Positions 10,035 through 19,455 of a stretch of DNA of 64,000 nucleotides are shown here, piece by piece. The first letter of the stretch is position 1; the number at the start of each line of letters is the position of its first letter. The stretch comes from an uncultured Deferribacteraceae bacterium (lineage in GTDB: Bacteria; Chrysiogenota; Deferribacteres; CAMZNJ01). Location: NCBI GenBank assembly GCA_947313855.1, contig CAMZNS010000010.1, positions 12,769 to 76,768 on the forward strand, written 5' to 3'. The translations under genes were made by a program, and so were the position numbers. The notes beneath the pieces are model-generated. The model had not been told where the DNA came from. It searched no databases and was given only the letters and a program-made list of their open reading frames with translations.

Positions 10035-10760
10035 TTATAGTTTGTAGCTCAGGGAAAGGGTAAACGATGAGATGATACCCAGCAGACCTGATACCAAGAA
10101 CACGCCCAGTATCATCAACAGTACGCCTGAAACAATGTTTGTGTATTTCAAGAACTTGAGGCTTCTGATTTTGGTAATGAGTGTGCTTACGGATAGTCCG
10201 ACGATAAAGAGTGGCACGAAGATACCCATGGAGTATGCACCCAAAAGTATCATCCCTTGGTACACTGAGCCTTGAAGGGCTGCAAGGGTAAGTATCCCCG
10301 ATAGAATTGGGCTGATGCAGGGTGCCCATCCCACGGAAAACGCAATACCGATGATGAATGCGTTAACGTAGAAAGGTGCCCTTACAAAGCCGCTGAAGTG
10401 TGATTTCTTCTCACCGAGTAGTGCTTTTATCTTCAGGATGCCTGTCATGTGCAGACCTAAGAAGATTATCAACACGCCGAGAACTTTCTCAACGGTGTAA
10501 CGATACTCAAACAGTAGGGAGCCGAAGAACGTGGATGTTGCCCCGAGTAGGATGAATATTAGGGAGAACCCAACGCCGAAAGATAGTAGCCCTATGATTA
10601 CTCGAATACGTGTGGCGAGTTTTGGTTTGCCACTTAAGAGCTCTTTTGCACTAACCCCTGACGTGTAAGCTAAATACCCTGGAAGTAGGGGGATTATACA
10701 TGGCGAAAAGAACGACAGTAGTCCGCCAAAGAACGATGAAGCGATTAAAGCGATACTCAT
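10035..10760 (-). CDS. ccdA: Cytochrome c-type biogenesis thiol-disulfide transporter CcdA (DsbD transmembrane-domain family)
   Basis: Conserved CcdA motif LLSFFSPCIIPLLPGYLAY, six TM. Start placed at 10760 (MSIALIASSFF) with a perfect AGGAGG RBS 7 nt upstream. The ORF extends to 10829. Confidence 0.8.
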   Translation of the reverse strand: MSIALIASSFFGGLLSFFSPCIIPLLPGYLAYTSGVSAKELLSGKPKLATRIRVIIGLLSFGVGFSLIFILLGATSTFFGSLLFEYRYTVEKVLGVLIIFLGLHMTGILKIKALLGEKKSHFSGFVRAPFYVNAFIIGIAFSVGWAPCISPILSGILTLAALQGSVYQGMILLGAYSMGIFVPLFIVGLSVSTLITKIRSLKFLKYTNIVSGVLLMILGVFLVSGLLGIISSFTLSLSYKL

Positions 10761-11076
10761 TAGAGTGCCTCCTAGTCTATCATTGGTTTCATTTATGTTG
10801 TCGAGAGCATGATTGGGGGACAGAGTCATCAGGTAAACCCAGATTATGCACCCTACTTAATTCTATTTACAAGTGTTAGCAACGATTGTTCGAGCGTCAG
10901 TATTGTTAAGACCGACGCCAACCGATTTTGTTCAAAGTTTTATCACATTTCTTTTATTAATAGCTAACTAAGTGTCAACAATACTACAGAGAAAAATAAT
11001 GTCAACAATACTTTTTGCATAATTGACAAAGAGTGTGGGTAAAGAATAAATTATACTGAATAAGTAGCAATAAACC

Positions 11077-11106
11077 TTGACTTTAGTGTGCTTTTGTAAC
11101 TATAGT
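11077..11106 (+). promoter_or_regulatory. Sigma70-like promoter candidate for the ccm operon (TTGACT-18-TATAGT)
   Basis: ttgact at 11077-11082, 18-bp spacer, tatagt at 11101-11106, about 75 bp upstream of ccmE. AT-rich 350-bp region with a direct repeat tgtcaacaatact x2 at 10975-11011. Confidence 0.4.
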
Positions 11107-11181
11107 ATAAACAGTGAAGTATATTTAAGGTTAGTGCAACAGCTTGGTGCAATAGCTTGGTGCAATAGGTAGGTTTAGCCC

Positions 11182-11571
11182 ATGAATCAAAATAAGAAAA
11201 TACTATTGGCCACTGTAGTGTTCTCATTCATAATTATCGGTATGATGTTTGTTGCCTTCAAAGGATCAAACTTCTACTATGTCAACGTATCCGATCTGCA
11301 AAAAAACATGAGCACTAACGAATTCCGCGTAACAGGAGAAGTTATCGCCGGAACGGTAGTGGACGCACCCGCCAAATCAACACTAATGTTTGCAATGGCC
11401 GATATTGATGACACCAGTATCGCTGTAGACGTAGTCTACAAAGGGATCAAACCCGACGCTTTTGCTGAGGGACAACACGCTGTTGTCGAAGGATCTTACG
11501 ACAGGGTGACGAATACCTTCCATGCCAAGACGATGCTCGTCAAGTGCCCCTCCAAATACGAAGAGGAGTAA
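11182..11571 (+). CDS. ccmE: Cytochrome c maturation haem chaperone CcmE, CxxxY variant
   Basis: N-terminal TM anchor, OB-fold core (GIKPDAFAEGQHAVVEGSY aligns with E. coli GILPDLFREGQGVVVQGEL). The C-terminal LVKCPSKY replaces the canonical LAKHDENY, i.e. Cys instead of the haem-binding His. Confidence 0.8.
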   Translation: MNQNKKILLATVVFSFIIIGMMFVAFKGSNFYYVNVSDLQKNMSTNEFRVTGEVIAGTVVDAPAKSTLMFAMADIDDTSIAVDVVYKGIKPDAFAEGQHAVVEGSYDRVTNTFHAKTMLVKCPSKYEEE

Positions 11572-11650
11572 CGGTCGGCGGTCGGCGGTCGGCGGTCGGC
11601 GGTAACGGTCGCGGTTGCGGTAATGGTCGGCGGTTGCGGTAAGCACGCCC
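11572..11650. repeat. Intergenic tandem repeat (cggtcggcggt-type units)
   Basis: cggtcggcggtcggcggtcggcggtcggcggtaacggtcgcggttgcggtaatggtcggcggttgcggtaag. Confidence 0.85.
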
Positions 11651-11729
11651 TTACAGAACACACGCAGTCGTAACAGCAAAACGAACAAGCACGATTCATG
11701 TTATGAAAAAACACTCGGAGATATAAATA

Positions 11730-13694
11730 ATGACCCTCGGTTTATCCCTACAATATTTGGCGTTTGCCGCCTACACATTCGCCCTAGCGTCATACGCTCT
11801 TGCCATCTACAAAAACTCTAAAAAGATACGCTTTTACGCCTCACTAGGTGTTATGTTAGGCTTTGTCTTCGTTGTTGGTGCCGTCACACTACTGGAAATC
11901 GCACTCGTAACCGACGATATCCGCAACGTATACGTCGCCAATTACGCCGGTGCCAACATGCCCCTCATCTACAAAATAACAGCTTTGTGGGGTGGTCAGG
12001 CTGGTTCCCTCCTGTTCTGGCTCTTCCTCATCGCCATATTCGCTGTTGTGGAGTTGGCAAGCATCGAACGATACGATGTGAAATTCGGCTCATACATAAT
12101 GATAGCCATCATCGCCAATATCCTCTTCTTCAACATGATGGTCATCGAATACAACCCGTTCGAACTACTAGACGACCAGATTGCACCCATGCTCATACAG
12201 GGCGTTGGGCTCAATCCGCTACTGCAAAATATCGGAATGATATACCACCCGCCACTGCTCTACATCGGCTACACCGTAATGCTCATACCGTTCTCGTACG
12301 CCTTTGCAGCACTAATCACCCGTCGCCTCGATGCGTTCTGGATAGACTCCGTACGTAGCTGGATACTCTTCGCATGGACAGCACTCACAGCAGGTGTTAT
12401 CCTCGGTGGACAGTGGGCATACGTGGAGCTAGGTTGGGGTGGTTATTGGGCATGGGATCCTGTGGAGAACGCGTCCATCTTCCCTTGGTTTGCCATAACA
12501 GCGTACTTGCATATGGTTTTGGTGTATAAGTCCACGCGTAAGTTCGCCATCTTCACATTTGCCACAGCCATGGGGGTGCATATCCTGTCCATCTTCGGCA
12601 CCTACCTCACTCGTAGCGGTATCGTTACGTCTGTACACTCCTTTGCCCCCTCTAGCATCGGAACCCTGTTCCTGTACTACATGGGTGCACTGACCCTTGT
12701 TAGCGTTGCGTTGATTGTTTACAATAGGAACTCCCTATCACTTGTGGACAAGATTAACTTCCAATCGAAATCGTCGTTAATAGTCTACGGTGTGGTGCTT
12801 CTTTTTGCCCTCAATTTCGCTATTATCTTCGGAACTATTGCCCCCGTAATAACTGGCTGGTTCGGCGAACAACGCTCCCCCGCACTTGAGTACTACAATA
12901 TCGTATCCATACCCATCTTCATGGTCATACTGCTGCTTATGGGTATTGCGTCTGTGATGGTCACATTCCGTCGTTATGGGAAAAAGCTTCTCTACTTGGC
13001 TATTGTGGCATCGGTACTCAGTCTTCTGGTATTCCTCGTGATGGGTTACCGCTCGCTGATACCCTCCGCCCTCCTATTTGTGGCGTTCATGACCATGTAT
13101 GCTTCGGCTTTTACACTGTACTACTACTTCCGTAGCAAGGTGAAGTTTATTCGTGCTGGCTCGTTGTACGGTGCTCAGATTGTGCATTTCGGCATAGGGG
13201 TAATTGCCATCGGAATCATAAGCACATCGTTTTATTCCCAAGAGTTTGACATTGTCATTGATGGCGACGTCATCACCAATATTGGCGACACAGGTTACGG
13301 CGTCGAACCGAACAAGGTTCGCTACTTTGTTGGCTCGAATTACGAAGAGGCTGCCCTCGACATGAGTATTTACAAGGACGGGAAATACCTCACCAACCTA
13401 CTACCGGGCATACGCATGTACCCACCAGACGACCAACAAATATTCCGTGAAGTGGCAATTTACAGCCACGGTTTGTCCGAATTTTACGTAGCATTCATTA
13501 CCATTGTTGAGAAGGTGCAGTACCGCATACTAGTCATTATCCAACCACTCATGGCACTACTGTGGATCGGTTCCGGAATTATCATGCTTGGTGGACTATG
13601 GCTCTGGATTACATCCATGATAAACAACAGTATTCGCTACAGTCGTGGCAGAAAAGCACTCAAAACATCAACAAACCCAAGTCAGGGAAGTTAA
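11730..13694 (+). CDS. ccmF: Cytochrome c-type biogenesis protein CcmF (haem lyase, WWD domain)
   Basis: 654 aa polytopic protein with WWD motif LGWGGYWAWDPVENASIFPWF and conserved His residues. Follows ccmE. Confidence 0.9.
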   Translation: MTLGLSLQYLAFAAYTFALASYALAIYKNSKKIRFYASLGVMLGFVFVVGAVTLLEIALVTDDIRNVYVANYAGANMPLIYKITALWGGQAGSLLFWLFLIAIFAVVELASIERYDVKFGSYIMIAIIANILFFNMMVIEYNPFELLDDQIAPMLIQGVGLNPLLQNIGMIYHPPLLYIGYTVMLIPFSYAFAALITRRLDAFWIDSVRSWILFAWTALTAGVILGGQWAYVELGWGGYWAWDPVENASIFPWFAITAYLHMVLVYKSTRKFAIFTFATAMGVHILSIFGTYLTRSGIVTSVHSFAPSSIGTLFLYYMGALTLVSVALIVYNRNSLSLVDKINFQSKSSLIVYGVVLLFALNFAIIFGTIAPVITGWFGEQRSPALEYYNIVSIPIFMVILLLMGIASVMVTFRRYGKKLLYLAIVASVLSLLVFLVMGYRSLIPSALLFVAFMTMYASAFTLYYYFRSKVKFIRAGSLYGAQIVHFGIGVIAIGIISTSFYSQEFDIVIDGDVITNIGDTGYGVEPNKVRYFVGSNYEEAALDMSIYKDGKYLTNLLPGIRMYPPDDQQIFREVAIYSHGLSEFYVAFITIVEKVQYRILVIIQPLMALLWIGSGIIMLGGLWLWITSMINNSIRYSRGRKALKTSTNPSQGS

Positions 13695-13707
13695 AGAGAG
13701 TTGCTTT

Positions 13708-14385
13708 GTGATTTATAGTACCAACAACCTAAGTAAAGTTTACGGCACCAAAGTGGTTCTCAGAAAAGTGAACCTTAGTATCGGCGAAGGCGAATTTTTA
13801 CTCCTAGCAGGACACAACGGTGCGGGGAAATCCACACTCATAAGCCTGCTAGCAAATCGCCTGAAACCAACCAAAGGCGAAATCCTCTACAATGAAAAAC
13901 CCCTCAAAAGCTGGGGCAACGGCTACTACAACCATGTGGGCTTCCTCGGCGACGCAACAAACCTCTACCCACAGCTCACCGTCTACCGAAACCTCACCCT
14001 AGTAGCAAAAATATACGGACTACCGCAAAGCCGAGTTGATGACGTACTGGAAGAGTTTAGCCTCGAAGTGCACAAGGGCAAAAAATTGACAGAGCTGTCC
14101 AAGGGTCTCAAGCAGAGGGTGAACTTTGCCAGAGCCATAATGCACAACCCCAAAATTATCATGGCTGACGAACCGTTCTCAGGCATCGATATCACATTTA
14201 CGAAAACCATGGTCGACATGCTCGAAGGTTGGAAAAATATGGGGCGTACGATTATTCTTGCAACACACACGTTCGATCATATTTGGCACCTACCACACCG
14301 CGTTGCAATCATCAAAGACGCCTCACTAGTGTACCACGACAATACGGAAAACATCTCCCCCGAAGGTATTGTCGAGCACTACTAG
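13708..14385 (+). CDS. ccmA: Haem-exporter ABC ATPase CcmA
   Basis: Walker A GHNGAGKST, ABC signature LSKGLKQRV, Walker B IIMADEPFSGID. Start placed at GTG 13708 to avoid overlap with ccmF. The ORF track extends to 13645. Confidence 0.8.
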   Translation: MIYSTNNLSKVYGTKVVLRKVNLSIGEGEFLLLAGHNGAGKSTLISLLANRLKPTKGEILYNEKPLKSWGNGYYNHVGFLGDATNLYPQLTVYRNLTLVAKIYGLPQSRVDDVLEEFSLEVHKGKKLTELSKGLKQRVNFARAIMHNPKIIMADEPFSGIDITFTKTMVDMLEGWKNMGRTIILATHTFDHIWHLPHRVAIIKDASLVYHDNTENISPEGIVEHY

Positions 14386-14388
14386 CAA

Positions 14389-14544
14389 CCCGCACGGCTG
14401 GCAATTGGCACGGCTGGTAATTGGCACGGCTAGTAATTGGCACGGCTGGTAATTGGCACGGCTAGTAATTGGCACGGCTGGCAATTGGCACGGCTAGTAA
14501 TTGGCACGGCTAGTAATTGGCACGGCTGGTAATTGGCACGGCTA
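14389..14544. repeat. 17-bp tandem repeat (ggcacggctggtaattg x about 9, with g/c and g/a variants)
   Basis: Direct reading. Lies between ccmA and ccmB. Confidence 0.9.
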
Positions 14545-14576
14545 TGGCATGAAGCTACAAACTACAGGAAGGTACA

Positions 14577-15251
14577 ATGATTAGGTATTTCAGGGACTTC
14601 AAGGTGCTATTTGTGCACAACATGGTGAGCGAGCTACTCAATCGCGAACTCATATACCTCTCCGTGGCGTTCTCCCTAATGCTATCAGTAATACTCGCCT
14701 TCGCCACACATGGTAGCTCGAGCCTCGAACTCACCGTGTCCATGTACTCTGTAGCACTCATCTTCACCATCAACCTCATATCCATGCGTGCCATGTATTA
14801 CGAATACCAAGAGGGGGGGATAAACACCATCCTATTTTCGCCCATGGTTGACGCGTCAGCCTTTGTTTTTGCTAAAGGGTTGACCAACTTCTTTTACGTA
14901 ATGGTGGTAGCGGTGCTAATGTTGCCGTTCTACTTCACAACGGGCATCTTCACGCAGGGTGCATTACTAGGTGTTGTGCTTCTGATTACAGCAATAACTA
15001 TGGTTGGTGTTGCTGTGATAACGTCGTTTTTGGCGTTCATGGCATTCCATACTGCAGCCAAGGAGGTACTCCTGTTTGTTCTACAGCTACCCTTTGTTCT
15101 GCCAGTCATCATGGCGTACAATTTCATCCTTGGGTCGGTGGTTGTTGATGGTGCCGATATCCCTTGGCGAATGCTTACGCTACTGGTTGGGTACGACTTT
15201 ATCGTAATATTTATCATATTTATCCTGTTCGATTTTCTAATCAGGGACTAG
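14577..15251 (+). CDS. ccmB: Haem exporter membrane subunit CcmB
   Basis: 224 aa, 6 TM, position between ccmA and ccmC, CcmB-like composition. Confidence 0.75.
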   Translation: MIRYFRDFKVLFVHNMVSELLNRELIYLSVAFSLMLSVILAFATHGSSSLELTVSMYSVALIFTINLISMRAMYYEYQEGGINTILFSPMVDASAFVFAKGLTNFFYVMVVAVLMLPFYFTTGIFTQGALLGVVLLITAITMVGVAVITSFLAFMAFHTAAKEVLLFVLQLPFVLPVIMAYNFILGSVVVDGADIPWRMLTLLVGYDFIVIFIIFILFDFLIRD

Positions 15252-15306
15252 AAGGGGTATGACGTAAGGACTAACGCAGAGAATAAAACATAGAAACGGA
15301 GCTATT

Positions 15307-15978
15307 ATGAAAAAAAGTTATTTGATACCATTAAACATTGTATTCTTATCGGCATTCGGAGTGCTTGTGTATTTCGGGATAGTGTTCCCCCCAGTTGAGC
15401 GCGTTATGGGGATTGTTCAGAAGATATTTTACGTCCATATCGGTTTAGTTGCCATGGCGATGTTCTCTTTTTTCCTAGCCTTTGTTCTGTCTGTTATCTA
15501 TCTTATCACCGAAAGGCCGAAGATCGATATTTTGGCGTCGAACGCTATCTACATCGGAACGATAATGTTTGCTCTCGTAATCACTACAGGTATGATTTGG
15601 GCAAAGCCGGCATGGGGCACCTTTTGGGTTTGGGATCCACGCCTAACCATATCTCTGATGACGTTCCTGTTGTATATTTCCTACATTATGCTACGTGTTT
15701 TCATCGATGATCATTCCAAAAGGGCAACATTTTCGGCGGTACTAGCGATAATGACGTTTATCCTGACCCCCATCAATTATTTTGCAACAAGGTGGTGGAA
15801 TTCCATGCACCCCGTGGTATTTGGTAAAGAGGGTTCCGATGGACTAACGCCTGATATGATGACATCTGTTGAGGTATCGGTAGCCATGATGGCGATAATG
15901 TATCTGATTATATCGTGGGAAGCCTACACGGTGCAGGTGCTAAGCTACAAAAAACGTATGAAGAAACTGGATATCTAG
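15307..15978 (+). CDS. ccmC: Haem exporter / haem-handling protein CcmC (WWD domain)
   Basis: WWD motif GTFWVWDPRLTISLMTFLLY, conserved His residues, 223 aa. Confidence 0.85.
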   Translation: MKKSYLIPLNIVFLSAFGVLVYFGIVFPPVERVMGIVQKIFYVHIGLVAMAMFSFFLAFVLSVIYLITERPKIDILASNAIYIGTIMFALVITTGMIWAKPAWGTFWVWDPRLTISLMTFLLYISYIMLRVFIDDHSKRATFSAVLAIMTFILTPINYFATRWWNSMHPVVFGKEGSDGLTPDMMTSVEVSVAMMAIMYLIISWEAYTVQVLSYKKRMKKLDI

Positions 15979-15991
15979 GGAGTAGACAAAA

Positions 15992-16135
15992 TGGGCAATA
16001 ACGTAATATTTTTAATTTCGGCGTATGTGGTATCCATCGTAGTTCTTCTGGTTGTTCAGTTTTTCTTGACATACTTGGTTATCAAGAAGATGAACACAGC
16101 GGTGGAAGATTCTGACAACGGTTCTGACAACGATT
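15992..16135 (+). CDS. ccmD: Probable CcmD (small single-TM haem exporter protein D), 47 aa
   Basis: Not in the ORF track (<60 aa). ATG 14 nt after the ccmC stop. MGNNVIFLISAYVVSIVVLLVVQFFLTYLVIKKMNTAVEDSDNGSDND: one TM plus an acidic tail, as in CcmD. The 3' end runs into the aacggttctgacaacg repeat. Confidence 0.45.
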
Positions 16136-16167
16136 AGTGCAACGGTTCTGACAACTAATGGTTAGGG

Positions 16168-16360
16168 GTATTTGTGCGGTTACGCAATAATGGTAATCGT
16201 GGAGCCCGCAAGAGTGGTGTCATCCGTACAAGTGTCGACATGACTGACGTATTCGTATTTGTGCGGTTACGCAATAATGGTAATCGTGGAGCCCGCAAGA
16301 GTGGTGTCATCCGTACAAGTGTCGACATGACTGACGTATTCGTATTTGTGCGGTTTGGAG
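16168..16360. repeat. 87-bp direct repeat x2 plus a partial third copy
   Basis: gtatttgtgcggttacgcaataatggtaatcgtggagcccgcaagagtggtgtcatccgtacaagtgtcgacatgactgacgtattc at 16168 and 16255. A truncated copy starts at 16342. Each unit carries an internal inverted repeat gtcat..(SalI gtcgac)..atgac. Confidence 0.9.
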
Positions 16361-16417
16361 ATGATGGTGGGGCAAGGGGGTATTTGCCCCACTGTTGCCG
16401 CAACCTTCATCGCAACC

Positions 16418-17062
16418 TTAGTTGGAACCTTCATCGCAACCTTCGTCGGTGCTGTCAGCCGTGTGGTGGTTGACAATCCCCTCTTTAGCGGTGTACCTAT
16501 CGAGGTTGCGTGGTAGCTGTGTTTCGTACCTTTCCTCTTCGGAGTAGATGCAGCCGCAATATTGTTGTCGGTAAAGCCCGTACTCTTTGGAGATATCTAT
16601 CCCTTCTTTGTGTCCACTGCGGAAGTCACTGTAAACAAAAGGGATACCGAATCGTTTTGCGGCTTTTTCTGCCTCTTCCACAATAATATGGTGGTATTGG
16701 TGTTTGCTGTAGAGCAGGGAGGATGAGAACGCATCGACGCCCATCTTTTTTGCTTTTTGGGCAGTTTTCTGCAATCTCATGGCATAACATGTACGGCATC
16801 GTCTCTCTTTGGGTATTTTGGAGAGTTTCAGGAATTTTTTGAGTCCATACTCTTCGTCCCAGTGTGAGTTGACGTTTTCAATTTTGTTGAGTTGGAGTGT
16901 TGCTTCGAGTCGGTTGTAGAGTTCTTTCATGGGGTGTATGTTTGGGTTGTAGAAGAACCCTTCGACTTTGTATTCGTCTTGTAGTTTCAGGTTTTGGATG
17001 GGGTAACAGGAGCATGGTCCACAGCATTGGTGTAGTAGTAGAGTTTTTTTAGTTGAGGGCAT
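16418..17062 (-). CDS. queH: Epoxyqueuosine reductase QueH (DUF208)
   Basis: Hallmark LLLHQCCGPCS motif plus a downstream Cys/His cluster. Start at 17062 with an AGGAG RBS. The ORF extends to 17104. Confidence 0.8.
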   Translation of the reverse strand: MPSTKKTLLLHQCCGPCSCYPIQNLKLQDEYKVEGFFYNPNIHPMKELYNRLEATLQLNKIENVNSHWDEEYGLKKFLKLSKIPKERRCRTCYAMRLQKTAQKAKKMGVDAFSSSLLYSKHQYHHIIVEEAEKAAKRFGIPFVYSDFRSGHKEGIDISKEYGLYRQQYCGCIYSEEERYETQLPRNLDRYTAKEGIVNHHTADSTDEGCDEGSN

Positions 17063-17129
17063 ATTTTGTTGCTCCTTTGGGCGTGCAAAAACAATCGAAA
17101 ACACCCTGCACCCTTTGCCTATCTGGTTG

Positions 17130-17262
17130 GCGCGCTAGTTACGGTTACGGTTACGGTGGTGATTCGATTGCTTTGTGTCGACAACTACGGCTCCGACAAC
17201 ACCGTCACCATCTTCGCGCTAGTTACGGTTACGGTTACGGTGGTGATTCGATTGCTTTGTGT
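17130..17262. repeat. About 48-bp direct repeat x2 (cgcgctagttacggttacggttacggtggtgattcgattgctttgtgt) separated by 36 bp
   Basis: Direct reading. Internal ggttac trinucleotide-pair repeats. Confidence 0.9.
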
Positions 17263-17292
17263 AGTAGTCGATGTTGTGTTAAGGGTACAGTA

Positions 17293-17556
17293 TTAAGCTA
17301 TTTTGTCCATTTTGCGTGTTAGGCGTGATATTTTTTTGGATGCTTTATTCTGATGCAAGATACCTTTGCCCCCAAGTTTTGCGATGAAAGCGGAAGCGTC
17401 ATGAAGTAGTAGGGTAGCCTGCTCTTTGTCGTTAGCTTCAACAGCTGCCAAGTACTTCTTCACCATTGTTTTCATTGTAGATTTGTACGCAGTATTACGT
17501 TCATTTCTTTTAATATTTTGTCTAACCCTTTTTCTTCCTGATACGGTATGTGCCAC
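17293..17556 (-). CDS. rpsT: 30S ribosomal protein S20
   Basis: MAHTVSGRKRVRQNIKRNERN...GKGILHQNKASKKISRLTRKMDKIA aligns along the full length with E. coli S20. GTG start at 17556 with a GGAGGG RBS 4 nt upstream. The ORF track extends to 17637. Confidence 0.8.
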   Translation of the reverse strand: MAHTVSGRKRVRQNIKRNERNTAYKSTMKTMVKKYLAAVEANDKEQATLLLHDASAFIAKLGGKGILHQNKASKKISRLTRKMDKIA

Positions 17557-17679
17557 AATCCCTCCAATATGCCCTGTAGACATAGGTTTGCATTTAATTT
17601 GTAGTTGAATTCTAACGTTATCAAATAGAAATGTCAAGTTTTTATTGTAAAAAGCAATGCTTTTGCAGTACTATGTTAG

Positions 17680-19287
17680 TTGAAATATCTACTTTGGGGT
17701 TATAATAGCGTGTTGATTTTGATTCGCCTACTTCTTGTTGTTATAATTATGCATGCTGTTCTTGTGGGATCTGCCCTCGGCGTGTCGCCTCAGTATGACA
17801 AATCTGGTGCCACTCAGCGTGAGGGAGCAATATGGTACGATGGCAAACCGTACTACAATATGGGCTCCATCGAAAGCCTGCTGGGAACACTTATCGCCGA
17901 CGAAAACTACGACGAAGCTCTGTTCCTACTAGACACACTCGAACCCCTTTACCCGCAAAACTATCGCCTCTACAAATATCGTGCCGAAACCTATGCCAAC
18001 ATGGGGGAAGCCGCCAAAGCCGCCGACTCATATCGAGACTACTTCAACACAGCAACATTTCGCGATCGCGACGCACTAATAAAATTCACCACCATCCTTT
18101 TCGGACTACGGCAATACGGTGAAGTTCGAAACTACCTGGATAAGTTTCACAACCGAAACGGCGAATACTACTACTACTACGGCTTAACATACTACCGCGA
18201 AGGGTTATTTTATCAGGCAAGACGTAACTTCGCAAAGGTTCCCACGGGCAGTAGCTACTACCTCTCAGCACTACAACTTAGCGTTGAGTCGTGCATCGCT
18301 CTGGGGCAGTACGGCTGTGCACGCGACGGGTACGCCCTCATGAGCTCCCTCATCATCCCCGGTGCCAAGAGCCTGTCTGAGGCTGGATTCCTCCTGCTGA
18401 ACAGCTACAAAAGTCGCAACAGCTTCTACGTCGATGTACGAGGCACATATGAACTCAATCCGGGGCTAGTCAACAAAGGATCCATAGCAGCACCATCCGC
18501 AAGCGTTTTTGCCAACTACGCATACCTAGCCTACCCGTTCAGCACCTTCGATATTGTCACTAGCTCCATCTACATCGACACCAATCGATACCTTGGCTCT
18601 GAGGACTTAGGGTATTTGTCTTACACCGTAGCGGGGCTCTCCTTGGTGGGGGAGGTCAGCAACGACGGGTATCGTGTTCGCCCCTTAGACCTACTGGCAG
18701 AGTTGTGGGCAGGTGATGATGGTCTAACCCGTGCTAGGGTTGGACTAGGGGTGCAGTGGGCAGGGAACTACGCCCTAAGTGTGCGTTTCCCTGTCTCCAT
18801 CACATACAACCACTTCCTTGACGACAAAAGAAAGGGTGAAATCGGTGCTGTTGAGGGGGCGGGAGCCTTAATTCTGGGGTACAATAACATAAATGTTCAC
18901 CATAAAGTTTTTGTTAAAGGGCTCGCTTACTCACCCATTCAACCCCAAACTGTAGGCACAACATCATCCGGACCCTTCATTAATTTCGCTGGCGGATACG
19001 AAGGGGGCTACTTTACTGATCGTTATTCCTTAGGTTTTTTTATGAACCAATCAGCAGAGCAGTACCTCAATCAAATAGTGGATCTATCCGTAGGCGTTGC
19101 CGGAATTCAACCAACCTACTACACAACCACTGTTGGTGCTGATGTGGGCGTATTCCTTCGCAATAGCATCAAGCTTTACGTTACTGGGCAGTACACTAAA
19201 GGTTTCTCGAATATGGCGAAGTTTTACGGCGGACTAGGGGACTACAACAACGTGGTTTTCGGCTCGGGTGCATCCCTTGTCTTTTAA
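17680..19287 (+). CDS. Hypothetical outer-membrane protein: N-terminal TPR-like region plus C-terminal beta-barrel-like domain
   Basis: Signal-peptide-like N-terminus, TPR-like helical repeats (YDEALFLLDTLEPLYPQNYRLYKYRAETYANMGEAAKA), Gly/aromatic-rich C-terminal half ending GASLVF (terminal Phe). Confidence 0.55.
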   Translation: MKYLLWGYNSVLILIRLLLVVIIMHAVLVGSALGVSPQYDKSGATQREGAIWYDGKPYYNMGSIESLLGTLIADENYDEALFLLDTLEPLYPQNYRLYKYRAETYANMGEAAKAADSYRDYFNTATFRDRDALIKFTTILFGLRQYGEVRNYLDKFHNRNGEYYYYYGLTYYREGLFYQARRNFAKVPTGSSYYLSALQLSVESCIALGQYGCARDGYALMSSLIIPGAKSLSEAGFLLLNSYKSRNSFYVDVRGTYELNPGLVNKGSIAAPSASVFANYAYLAYPFSTFDIVTSSIYIDTNRYLGSEDLGYLSYTVAGLSLVGEVSNDGYRVRPLDLLAELWAGDDGLTRARVGLGVQWAGNYALSVRFPVSITYNHFLDDKRKGEIGAVEGAGALILGYNNINVHHKVFVKGLAYSPIQPQTVGTTSSGPFINFAGGYEGGYFTDRYSLGFFMNQSAEQYLNQIVDLSVGVAGIQPTYYTTTVGADVGVFLRNSIKLYVTGQYTKGFSNMAKFYGGLGDYNNVVFGSGASLVF

Positions 19288-19455
19288 AAAACCTTGCAAG
19301 AACGCTTAGTAAGATATACTATTAATAGTAATAACTAGATAGATTAATGTTTTTTTTGGGTTGCGAATGGTCAGGGAAGTATCGGTGTGATACTTATGTA
19401 TGCTGGCTGCAAAAGCAACACCATTGTTAAAGTTTGAAAAAACTAAGGAGCAGGT

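Noticed and set aside
14389-14544. Possible CRISPR arrays: the 17-mer x9 here, the 30-mer x6 at 20260-20452, the 63-mer x5 at 21288-21592 and the 21-mer arrays
   Set aside because: The repeats are directly contiguous or separated by short linkers that are themselves repeated. There are no unique spacers of 25-40 bp and no cas genes in the window.
16368-16390. GGGGCAA-N7-TTGCCCC hairpin as the ccm operon terminator
   Set aside because: There is a good 7-bp GC stem but no following T-run. Kept only as part of the repeat-block observation.
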